Of a stretch of DNA of 38,405 bases, positions 1-9,000 are shown in pieces (position 1 is the first letter of the stretch; every line of letters begins with the position of its first letter). Both the position numbers and the translations under genes were made by a program. This DNA comes from an uncultured Chitinophagales bacterium (lineage in GTDB: Bacteria; Bacteroidota; Rhodothermia; Balneolales; M1805), in assembly GCA_964541325.1 (NCBI GenBank), contig CAZIQX010000005.1, forward strand, positions 1 through 38,405, given 5' to 3'. The notes under the pieces were generated by a model. The model was not told the DNA's origin. It did not search any database and worked only from the letters and a program-made list of their open reading frames with translations.

Positions 1-16
1 AATCTCCCCGTCTTAT

Positions 17-92
17 TGGAGCTGGTGATAGGACTCGAACCTACGACCGGCGGTTTACAAAACCGCTGCTCTACCAACTGAGCTACACCAGC
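17..92 (-). tRNA. tRNA-Thr (anticodon UGU), 3' CCA encoded
   Basis: Reverse complement reads GCTGGTG-TA-GCTC-AGTTGGTA-GAGC-A-GCGGT-TTTGTAA-ACCGC-CGGTC-GTAGG-TTCGAGT-CCTAT-CACCAGC-T-CCA (76 nt). All four stems pair, the T-loop is GTTCGAGTC-like, and the anticodon is TGT. Confidence 0.92.
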
Positions 93-191
93 TTTTTTAC
101 AGGACGGCAAAAATACTAAGTCAATCGCTGCCTGTCAATATGCACAGACTTAAAATGTACCAATATTTTGAGGACTGCGCTACATAAATTT

Positions 192-818
192 TCAAGTTGT
201 TGACTTTTTGGGCCTTTTAAGCTTGTTATAGACCACATAAACTATAATTAACCCCAAAATAAATTTACCATAATTAGATAGGTACTCTCCAATCAATTGC
301 CAGTTTTCATGGATTAGCCATCCTGCACCTAATAATATTCCATTCCAAAGCAATGAACTTATTAAACTACTCACCAATGTTGGTGTTAATTTTAAGGGAG
401 TCATACCGGCAACGAGTGCAATAATAGAACGTGTTCCTGCCAAGAATCGGTTAGCTAATACTACACCTTGTCCGTATCGGGTCATCCATAACTTGCCTTT
501 ATCTATGTATTGAATATCCATGAACTTTAAAAGCCAGTGCTGTTCATTACCTGCTTCAATCCCCTTGCCCCAAATGTGTCCTAAGTAATACACATGATAA
601 AATCCCAAAACAGAGGCTACTGTTGTTAATATGTAAACAGGTATAAATGCGATAACGTTTTCTGCTACTAGGTACCCTGCAAAAGCTACTAAGATATCAC
701 CCGGAACAGGTGGTATCACATTTTCAAGATAGGCAATTAACGCAAAATAAAAGTAAATGAGTAGAATAGGCTGTGTTTGAATCCAATCAACCAAAAATTG
801 AGTTAAGTCGTTAAACAT
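192..818 (-). CDS. DedA / VTT-domain inner-membrane protein
   Basis: 208-aa ORF with several hydrophobic helices and a DedA-like N-terminal region (YLENVIPPVPGDILVAFAGYLV). It lies 6 nt downstream of ispF on the same strand. Confidence 0.8.
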   Translation of the reverse strand: MFNDLTQFLVDWIQTQPILLIYFYFALIAYLENVIPPVPGDILVAFAGYLVAENVIAFIPVYILTTVASVLGFYHVYYLGHIWGKGIEAGNEQHWLLKFMDIQYIDKGKLWMTRYGQGVVLANRFLAGTRSIIALVAGMTPLKLTPTLVSSLISSLLWNGILLGAGWLIHENWQLIGEYLSNYGKFILGLIIVYVVYNKLKRPKKSTT

Positions 819-824
819 AGCGGG

Positions 825-1313
825 TTACTTCTCCACCTTTTCAAGCAAGGCAACGGCCATTGCTACACAACCTTCTCCCCGACCAACAAAACCCATTTTT
901 TCGTTAGTAGTAGCTTTGATAGAAATTCTATCGATTTGTGCTTCTAATAAATCAGCTATTATGGAACGCATGGTATCTATATGGGGTCTTAGTTTGGGCT
1001 TCTCCAAGATTACAGTGGCATCAACATTTACAAAAATAAATCCGGCTTTTTTTACTGCTTCATATGCATTTTGAAGTAGGATTTTGGAATTTGCATCTTT
1101 AAATGCCATATCTGTATCCGGGAACAAAGCGCCAATATCTCCTAAGGACGCCGCGCCAAGTATCGCATCAGTAATGGCATGTAATAATACATCGGCATCT
1201 GAGTGGCCTAATAGCCCTTCTGGATAATCCAGTTTAAGACCGCCAAGTATAAATGGCCTATTTTCCACCATTTGATGCGTATCATATCCGTATCCAATTC
1301 TGAGGTTAGTCAT
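825..1313 (-). CDS. ispF: 2-C-methyl-D-erythritol 2,4-cyclodiphosphate synthase
   Basis: 162 aa with hallmark IspF motifs RIGYGYDTHQ and LGHSDADVLLHAITDAILGA. It overlaps ispD by 8 nt. Confidence 0.95.
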   Translation of the reverse strand: MTNLRIGYGYDTHQMVENRPFILGGLKLDYPEGLLGHSDADVLLHAITDAILGAASLGDIGALFPDTDMAFKDANSKILLQNAYEAVKKAGFIFVNVDATVILEKPKLRPHIDTMRSIIADLLEAQIDRISIKATTNEKMGFVGRGEGCVAMAVALLEKVEK

Positions 1314-2019
1314 AAATTTGTCTTTTAATCAGGATTTGTGCGAGTTCAAGGTCAATTGGGTATGTAATTTTAATATTCTCGTCATTGCCTTCACAAAAAT
1401 GAACTGCTTCACCAAAGTATTCGATCACTGATGCATCATCTGTTCCAAAAAAATCCGATAGATGAGCATGTTTGTAAGCGTCTTTAAACAAATCTAGGTG
1501 AAAAACTTGCGGCGTCTGTACCGACCAAAACTCGGTTCTATTCGGAGTTTGAACAACTTTGAACTCTGTATTGATTTTTTTTATTGTTTCCCTAAGAGGT
1601 AAACCCGGTATTACAGCTCGTTTATTTTCAACCTCCGACAAACAGATTTGAATTGTTTTCACTGATACAAAAGGGCGAACCGCATCATGAACGGCAACTA
1701 TAGAAGCGAGAGAAGTATCGATCTTTTCAATAGCATTGGAGATTGAATCAATGCGCTCTTTACCACCGAGCACAATATCCAGTTTTACATCCAGTCTATT
1801 CGAATCAGAAATTGCTGATTCAGCAGCTTGCTTCAATTCCTTTTTCCACTCATTATGAACGGGGAGTATGAGTTGCTTAATATCTGGTATTTGACAAAAT
1901 CGACGGATTGTCCAATACAATATGGGTTTACCTTGTAGCTCTAACAAGGTTTTAGGTAGTGGAGAATTCATCCGTTTTCCCGAACCACCGGCCGGAATAA
2001 TCAAGCAGAATTTGCCCAC
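1306..2019 (-). CDS. ispD: 2-C-methyl-D-erythritol 4-phosphate cytidylyltransferase
   Basis: 237 aa with N-terminal IIPAGGSGKRM nucleotide-binding motif and VAVHDAVRPF. It is coupled to ispF. Confidence 0.9.
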   Translation of the reverse strand: MGKFCLIIPAGGSGKRMNSPLPKTLLELQGKPILYWTIRRFCQIPDIKQLILPVHNEWKKELKQAAESAISDSNRLDVKLDIVLGGKERIDSISNAIEKIDTSLASIVAVHDAVRPFVSVKTIQICLSEVENKRAVIPGLPLRETIKKINTEFKVVQTPNRTEFWSVQTPQVFHLDLFKDAYKHAHLSDFFGTDDASVIEYFGEAVHFCEGNDENIKITYPIDLELAQILIKRQIYD

Positions 2020-2029
2020 TCGTCTCGAA

Positions 2030-3076
2030 TTAAAGTATCAACATGGCATCGCCAAAAGCGTAGAAGCGGTATCCTTTATCGATTGCTTCCTGATAAGCTT
2101 CCATTACAAATTCATACCCACCGAAGGCAGCAGTCATCATCAATAGCGTTGACTCAGCATGATGAAAGTTGGTCATAAATCCTTCTGTAATTTTGAAATC
2201 ATAAGGCGGATAAATGAATTTGTCAGTCCAACCGGTAGTTGGTTTTAAAATTCCGGAGGCCGTAACGCTTGTCTCCAAAGCTCTTACCGTTGACGAACCT
2301 ACCACTACAACACGTTTACGTTTATGCTGAAGAACTTCATTGATGATATCGCAACTTTCAGGAGAAATAAAGTAGTTTTCTGAGTCCATTCGATGCTTGG
2401 TAAGATCTTCTACTTCAACATTGCGATAAGCCCCCCAACCGATATGTAGCGTAACCGGAGCTATATGAACACCCTTTGCTGCAATTTTCTCGAGTAATTC
2501 TGTTGTGAAATGCATACCTGATGTAGGCGCAGCAACAGCACCACGTTCCGTTGCCATAACAGTTTGATAACGTGTTTTATCTTCTTCTGTTGAAGGGCGC
2601 TCGATGTAAGGTGGTAGTGGCATCTCGCCCAAACGGTCTAAAATGGAGTACAATTCCGTATTCGGTCCATCAAAAAGGAAGCGAATTGTGCGACCACGTG
2701 ATGTAGTGTTATCAACTACTTCGGCAACCAATTCATCCCCAAAATATAATTTGTTACCAATTCGAATTTTACGCGCAGGCTCTACAAGAACATCCCACAA
2801 CATATTTTCCGGTTGAAGCTCGCGAAGTAAAAAAACTTCAACAATGGCTTCTGTTTTTTCTTTTTTGCCGTTTAAACGAGCTGGAAATACTTTAGTATTG
2901 TTGTAAACAAGACAATCACCCGGGTTTAAGTAATCGACGATATCAGAAATTTTTTTGTGTTCAATGCGTTTATCAGCACGATGTAATACCATCAAATTGG
3001 CTGAGTCTCTCGGTTCGATTCCGGTTAAGGGTGCATTGATTTTTTCCGAGTCGAACTTAAAATCTGTGAGTTTCAT
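2030..3076 (-). CDS. queA: S-adenosylmethionine:tRNA ribosyltransferase-isomerase
   Basis: 348 aa with typical QueA blocks (LPPYIERP, RYQTV, GAVAAPTSGMHFT, VTLHIGWG) and the typical length. Confidence 0.95.
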   Translation of the reverse strand: MKLTDFKFDSEKINAPLTGIEPRDSANLMVLHRADKRIEHKKISDIVDYLNPGDCLVYNNTKVFPARLNGKKEKTEAIVEVFLLRELQPENMLWDVLVEPARKIRIGNKLYFGDELVAEVVDNTTSRGRTIRFLFDGPNTELYSILDRLGEMPLPPYIERPSTEEDKTRYQTVMATERGAVAAPTSGMHFTTELLEKIAAKGVHIAPVTLHIGWGAYRNVEVEDLTKHRMDSENYFISPESCDIINEVLQHKRKRVVVVGSSTVRALETSVTASGILKPTTGWTDKFIYPPYDFKITEGFMTNFHHAESTLLMMTAAFGGYEFVMEAYQEAIDKGYRFYAFGDAMLIL

Positions 3077-3282
3077 GTGTACTATATGCTAAAGAAATTT
3101 TATTTATCTTTTGAAAATTGTCAGCTTTTTAATATAAAGACAAATGAAGCGGAGAACAAGTTGATTCAAGCGAGTGCTATTTCTATGTTTTTCTTGCTTT
3201 TCACGCTTAAAAATGCTTCATTTGTACTGAAATTTCATTATTAACGTTCAACATCTCCACTACTCGGAATCAGTTTTTTATT
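3077..3282. promoter_or_regulatory. Divergent intergenic region (queA <-> secreted Met-rich protein) containing an 11-bp long-range inverted repeat (3140-3150 / 3215-3225)
   Basis: 206-nt AT-rich gap between divergently oriented CDS. ACAAATGAAGC at 3140-3150 is the exact reverse complement of GCTTCATTTGT at 3215-3225. Promoter positions are not resolved. Confidence 0.4.
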
Positions 3283-3774
3283 ATGAAGTTGTTGTTTACC
3301 CTAATTATTTTCTTAATCACTTCTAATTTGAGTGTGGCACAGCTTAAATCAACACAGCCATCTCCGTATAGAAATACTGGAAATGTGATTAAAATGGAAC
3401 AATCGCAACCTACCGGCGGGCTTGGCAACTTGTTTAACATGAGAATGTCGCACTCTTATGAAATGAGTTTTATGAGTGGAAATGGGTTTTCAGGCAACGT
3501 GAATATGTACACGAATACGATGATGTTTGCCTTTTCACCAAAAATGACCGGAAGATTGGATTTGGCCTTTGCACATTCTCCTTTTGGAAATTCGATGCAA
3601 GGCATGCAAGGAATGAACCAAAATCAATTTTTTATTCGAAATGCTTCACTGAATTACAAAATTTCAGAAAACGCCCAATTCAATATTTCTTTTCAACAAT
3701 TACCCTATGGCCCTATGGGAATGGGTTTAAATAATGGTTTTTACGGCTTTGAAAGAGGTATGTGGCCTAATTAA
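3283..3774 (+). CDS. Hypothetical secreted protein, Met/Gly/Asn-rich
   Basis: 163 aa with an N-terminal signal peptide (MKLLFTLIIFLITSNLSVAQ). The mature part has about 15 Met, no Cys, and alternating-hydrophobic beta-strand-like segments (RLDLAFAHS, FFIRNASLNYKIS, AQFNISFQQ). I recognise no family. Confidence 0.6.
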   Translation: MKLLFTLIIFLITSNLSVAQLKSTQPSPYRNTGNVIKMEQSQPTGGLGNLFNMRMSHSYEMSFMSGNGFSGNVNMYTNTMMFAFSPKMTGRLDLAFAHSPFGNSMQGMQGMNQNQFFIRNASLNYKISENAQFNISFQQLPYGPMGMGLNNGFYGFERGMWPN

Positions 3775-3777
3775 TCT

Positions 3778-4236
3778 TTGTATCTTTGCCACATGAAAAA
3801 AAACAACGGCGAACTCGTTCTTAATGCCATTCTTGGCTTTTTGGGGTTATTACTGGTTTTACTGTTATTTGCTGTCGTCACTCGCATTGTTTTTCCACGC
3901 ATTGAAAACACCCGTGATGACCAAGAAAAAACCATGATTAGCTCAATTATACAAGTTGAAGTTTTAAATGGATGCGGAGTGCCCGGTTTAGCAACGGTCT
4001 TTACCAACAAATTGCGAGAAAATGGCTTTGATGTTGTTGAATCAGGCAACGCGGATACGTTCGACATCAAAGAAACCTTAGTCATTGACCGTAGTGGAAA
4101 TCTAGAAAACGCGAAACGGGTTGCGAAAGCACTTGGCGTTTCCGAAAAGAACGTAATACAGGAACTGGCAAAAACTTATTTTCTTGATGCTACCATTGTA
4201 ATAGGTTCCGACTATAAACAACTCAAACTCAATTAA
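3778..4236 (+). CDS. LytR C-terminal (LytR_C) domain membrane-anchored protein
   Basis: Single N-terminal TM (LNAILGFLGLLLVLLLFAVV) followed by VEVLNGCGVPGLATVFTNKLRENGFDV, typical of the LytR_C domain. A second in-frame ATG at 3793 (MKKNNG) is an equally plausible start. Confidence 0.7.
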   Translation: MYLCHMKKNNGELVLNAILGFLGLLLVLLLFAVVTRIVFPRIENTRDDQEKTMISSIIQVEVLNGCGVPGLATVFTNKLRENGFDVVESGNADTFDIKETLVIDRSGNLENAKRVAKALGVSEKNVIQELAKTYFLDATIVIGSDYKQLKLN

Positions 4237-4242
4237 TTTTTA

Positions 4243-4611
4243 ATGACAAAACAGGCTATTGATTCAGATACACAAACTTTACTGAGTTCCATAGGTGAAG
4301 CACTTTTGGAAAAAAAAGGAGAACATATTCTTCAGCTTGATGTTCGAGGCATAAGCTCGATTACAGACTTTTTTATCGTTTGCCACGCATCATCAGATAC
4401 ACAGATTAAAGCACTTGCTAATAATATCATTGTTAAAGTAGCTGAAGACCTCGATGAAAAACCTGTTCGAAAAGAAGGTATGGATGCACGCCGATGGGTG
4501 ACTTTAGATTATGGGAACGTGGTTGTTCATATTTTCTTGAAAGACTTGAGAAGTTATTATCAACTTGAAAAAATGTGGAGCGATGCACCAACACTTGAGA
4601 TTAAGGATTAA
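4243..4611 (+). CDS. rsfS: Ribosome silencing factor RsfS (iojap family)
   Basis: 122 aa with ITDFFIVCHASSDTQIKALANNI and WVTLDYGNVVVHIF, characteristic RsfS blocks. Confidence 0.9.
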   Translation: MTKQAIDSDTQTLLSSIGEALLEKKGEHILQLDVRGISSITDFFIVCHASSDTQIKALANNIIVKVAEDLDEKPVRKEGMDARRWVTLDYGNVVVHIFLKDLRSYYQLEKMWSDAPTLEIKD

Positions 4612-5044
4612 TCTTGTATGGAAAGCCGCAATTTGCGGCTTTCTTTTTATTGTCTTGGGATGTTCGACTCAAAAACACATGACATTTGCTTTTGAGAAAA
4701 CCCTTGCACCTTTGCATCAACAAGAAGTGGTAATTCCTAAAGGTTGGGAAAAAGCACCTGCCTATCTTGAGATACTAAAAACGGCTAGCAACCAAGATGA
4801 AGCGGGTTTAGTTCTTGAAGGACAACTCCCAACGGCATGTAACCGCCTTTGGATTACCGGCAATCTTTCTGCCGATACGCTTACACTTCATGTTGAAAGT
4901 ATTCGAAATAGCAAAGAAGTTTGTAGCATGGCCTTAGAACCTTTTTCTGTTTTTGTCCCCTTTTCTTACTTTGAGCTTACGGAGAAACAACGTTCTTCAA
5001 TTACTTCCATTTCCGCCCAGAATTTTTCAATAAGCCTAAAATAA
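4565..5044 (+). CDS. Hypothetical lipoprotein
   Basis: 159-aa ORF with signal peptide and lipobox (ICGFLFIVLGC-S). The only in-frame ATGs upstream of the lipobox (4565, 4583) overlap the rsfS 3' end. No family recognised. Confidence 0.5.
   Translation: MKKCGAMHQHLRLRINLVWKAAICGFLFIVLGCSTQKHMTFAFEKTLAPLHQQEVVIPKGWEKAPAYLEILKTASNQDEAGLVLEGQLPTACNRLWITGNLSADTLTLHVESIRNSKEVCSMALEPFSVFVPFSYFELTEKQRSSITSISAQNFSISLK
4622..4650 (+). terminator. Terminator-like hairpin immediately after rsfS stop
   Basis: AAAGCCGCA (4622-4630) / TGCGGCTTT (4634-4642) forms a perfect 9-bp stem with a 3-nt loop, followed by CTTTTTAT. It lies inside the predicted signal-peptide coding region of the next ORF, so its function is ambiguous. 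Confidence 0.4.
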
Positions 5045-5048
5045 ACTC

Positions 5049-6017
5049 ATGAAACCACGAGTATTTGTCACGGAACCTATCGTTGCGCCAGTTATTGAGT
5101 ATTTACGCTCCTTTGCTGATGTAGAAGTTGGTCAACGAGGTATTTATCACAACGAACAGGCTCTAATTTCAGTAATTGGGGAATATGACTATTTACTTTC
5201 CATGTTAACTTGTCCTGTAACGGAAAAAGTGATTCAAGCAGGAAAAAAGTTAAAGTTAATTGCCAATTATGCCGTTGGATTTAATAATATTGATTTGGAA
5301 GCCGCTAAAAAACGAACGATCCGTGTTGCAAATACTCCCGATGTATTAACGGAAGCAACCGCTGATACCACATGGGCTTTGTTACTCAGTGTTTCAAGAA
5401 ATATCCTCTTGGCGGATAAAGAACTCCGTGAGGGCAAATTTGATGGATGGCACCCTATGACTTACCTAGGTTTGGATTATCGAAATAAAGTTTTAGGCAT
5501 TTTTGGTATGGGCAGAATTGGTCAAGCCGTGGCACGAAGAGCATTACCTTTTGGATTTAAAATCACCTACCATAATCGAAATCGACTTCCTGAAAGCTTA
5601 GAGCGCGAATTACATGCAACGTATATCGCAGATTTAGAAGAGTTTCTCTTTTCTTGTGATGTTTTAAGCATTCACGCTCCCTTAAACACTCAAAGTGTTC
5701 ACACCTTAAATGCTGAACGACTTAAGCGTATGAAGAAGGGGGCTTACATTATCAATACGGCACGAGGAGCTTTAATTGATGAAGCCGCTTTAGCAGAAGC
5801 ACTTTCTTCAGGGCATATTGCCGGCGCAGGGCTCGATGTTTTTGAAAAAGAACCTGAAATACATCCCGATTTATTACAAGCCCCCAATACTGTTCTATTA
5901 CCCCATATCGGAAGTTCTACACCTGAAACGCGATATGAAATAGGTATGTTGGCAGCCCGAGCAATAACGTTACATATTCAGGGCAAATCGGAAGAAATTC
6001 CCAATTTAGTTTGCTAG
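5049..6017 (+). CDS. D-isomer-specific 2-hydroxyacid dehydrogenase (glyoxylate/hydroxypyruvate reductase-like)
   Basis: 322 aa with NAD fold GIFGMGRIGQAVARRA and the catalytic region INTARGALIDEAALAEAL..GAGLDVFEKEP..LPHIGS. Confidence 0.9.
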   Translation: MKPRVFVTEPIVAPVIEYLRSFADVEVGQRGIYHNEQALISVIGEYDYLLSMLTCPVTEKVIQAGKKLKLIANYAVGFNNIDLEAAKKRTIRVANTPDVLTEATADTTWALLLSVSRNILLADKELREGKFDGWHPMTYLGLDYRNKVLGIFGMGRIGQAVARRALPFGFKITYHNRNRLPESLERELHATYIADLEEFLFSCDVLSIHAPLNTQSVHTLNAERLKRMKKGAYIINTARGALIDEAALAEALSSGHIAGAGLDVFEKEPEIHPDLLQAPNTVLLPHIGSSTPETRYEIGMLAARAITLHIQGKSEEIPNLVC

Positions 6018-6026
6018 TGTTTGCAC

Positions 6027-9000
6027 ATGAATTGGCTGAAACACATACCACAAAAATTAACCTTTTGGATATTATTTACCCAAATTCTGGGGATTGTAGG
6101 TATTGAAATTTGGCTTAACTCTGCAACTCAAACGATTTCTGATAATACCACCTTAATAAATCAGTCTTTGCAAAAAGCATCGCAGGCATTTGAGCTTGAG
6201 AAGCAAAATTTGGTTGAAATATCAAAAATCATTTCTATTCGATTAAAAGAAAGAGGTTTGGTTGATGCGAATTTGTTCTCTGCTTATGCACCGAATATTA
6301 TTCTGATTGCGAAAAACGATACGCTCATTCAATGGAGTAAACATGCTCCTGATATCTATCGGAAAAAAGAGTTACATCCCCAGCTAGGATTTTCACGATT
6401 TGATTACTTGGGAAAAACGTATTTAAGTTACTCTATTTCACCCAATTCTGATTATCGGATACATGTACTAAGACTTATAAGTGATGTAAACGCTGAATCC
6501 ATCAGAAATAAGCGTGCCTACACGATTACATCAGATTGGCTTAGCACACTTGATTTTCCTGTTCAACTTCAATTAAGTCCGGTTGAAAACGACGAGAATA
6601 ATCAAATTAAAAAACCGCTCTACTTATCGGACTCTACTATGGTAGGCACACTTGTTGCCTATCCTGATTCACGGTCGCTATTGGCTTACCATTGGAATGC
6701 CTTTAAAAGCAGAATTCGCTCGTTATATACGTTGTTTTTTGTATTCGTATCGGTTGTAGTTTTCACTGTTACGTCCAAACAATGGAATCTTTCATCAAGA
6801 ATCTTATTTCGTGTTCCTCTGCTTTTCATTTTGTGGTTGTTGTTGATTCATTCAGAAGTAGAATTTCAACTTACAGATATTTTAATTGAATGGGGTTGGC
6901 AGGTTAAGCGATCCCTAACTATTCAATTGTTACGCCTGCAATTTCATGTGTTCTTTTTTGTGATGATGAGCTACGAATGTATTCGTGCAGCACGCATACA
7001 AAAGCGTTTTTTTGGAATAACCTGGTACCCGAGAACGCTCATTTTATCAATGATTTTTGGGAGCTTAACGTACTTTTGTTTAACTACTTTACCAGCTTCG
7101 TATTTGCATTTAATTGATGCCTTTTCCATTGAACTTCTCGACCCCAATCTGTTCCCACCCTTTGAAACCCTTCTTTTTATTTTAGGTTTAGGCGCATCTT
7201 TTGGAACAGGAGTCATACTCAGTTTTATTGGTAATACTTTTTTGATTAACTCTGAACAAGATCAGGAAAGCTTTGTATATCCCTTCCATATACTTGGTTT
7301 TTTGGGATCTCATTATTTTTTGTATTTCAGTGGGTTAGGCTATGCAAACGAATTTCATTTTCCATGGACCATTCTTGGATTGTATCTTGGTCTATTAGTT
7401 ACTTCATCCTGGTTTTGGCGAAATCCTACGTGGCTAAATCGAGTTTCTCTGATTCGAAAAGTACTTGTTGGCAGTTTTTTGCTATCCATTTTTTTATATC
7501 CTGTAATTCACAATCGTTATCAGGAACTCAATAAACGCGATTTTGAAGAAAAAGCAGCTTCTTTAGTCGATGATTTCCTTGATTTCACGCCCTTTTCAGC
7601 CTCTAATTCACCCGTGTACAATCACGATCAGGGAGCTTGGCCCGGAAACGTGTACATTGCAGCATACGACTCCAACCAAACCTTAAAAGCTTCCTGGAAT
7701 CGTCAGTTATTGCCATTTTCAGAAGACATTCAGCTTTCGCTACATGCCAACGAGTTAAGCGAGCTAAAAAAAGGAGACCCTACCGAACAATCTTTATTTT
7801 TTGATAGACAGCTTTTTTGGGAATATTTGATTCAATTACCCAAATCGGGTTATATCATTCGAGGAGTTTTGCCTGTAATACCTATTCAATCGCACATCTT
7901 CTCCTTTTTTCGTTTTTTTTACATCAGCTTGTTTACTGTAATTACTTTTTTAGTGATTCGCAGTTTGGTAACCAATACACCTTTACCACTGTTTGATTCT
8001 AAAGAAAAACTTCAATCGCGCATATTAGACACTTACATTATTGCCAGTTTATTATTTCTGATTGCATTAGTGGGAACAACGGGGGTTATTGTATCAAATG
8101 AAGAAAAATCAAGCCTTCAAACCTTGCTTAAAGAAAAAAAGGAAGCGGTAATTACGGCGATCAAACAAGATTTTTATGGGAACTTTGATAAACCATTTAT
8201 TCAGTTTTTAGCCAATCGTTTTGAGGTTTCAATAGAATTATTTGTTGATAAATACAGCTACCTACGTGTTCCATTTGGAAACGACCAAGCCAATCTACAT
8301 CAAGGAGAATTGATGAATCCTGCTGTTTATCAGTCACTTTTCAATCAAAATAAGCTGGAAGTTGAACTGTGGGAATCAGAAGGAATTGAAACGTATGGCG
8401 CATATTACATTCGTCCGAATGCCAACCCGAATAAAAACGATGTCATAAAAATCAGTTTAAAGCAAATTAATCGAAGTAATTATGAACAACTGGTTGAAAC
8501 CGTTAGTTATTTGATTGCAGTTTATGTGTTTATTTTTTCTTTATTTCTTGTTTTAGCTTTTTTTATCTCCAAATATTTAGCCAATCCACTCCAACGCTTA
8601 CTTCAGGGCCTAAAGCGCATTTCATCCGGAAAACTTGACACTATTGTCCCGGTAACCACACACGACGAAATTGGAGAATTAGCCAACGCGTATAATTTCA
8701 TGGTTTTTCGCCTCAAGGATTTACAAAAAGAATTAGCTGAAGTTGAACGTGAAGCCGCCTGGAGCGAAATGGCTCGTCAAGTTGCACATGAAATTAAAAA
8801 CCCACTGACTCCCATGAAGTTAAGCTTACAACATTTACAACGACTTGTAATGCAAGAGGGCGAAAATGACCATCAGCTAAAGCCCAATGTTGAGCGCATC
8901 AGCGGAAATCTTATTCAACAAATTGATTCATTAGCAGCCATAGCCTCTGATTTCTCCAAATTCGCCAAACCTATAACCGATGAATTAAGCCCATTAAATC

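Noticed and set aside
1-192. tRNA-Thr as a possible genomic-island integration site.
   Set aside because: There is no integrase, no direct repeat of the tRNA 3' end and no mobile gene anywhere in the window. The flanking genes are core metabolism (ispDF, queA).
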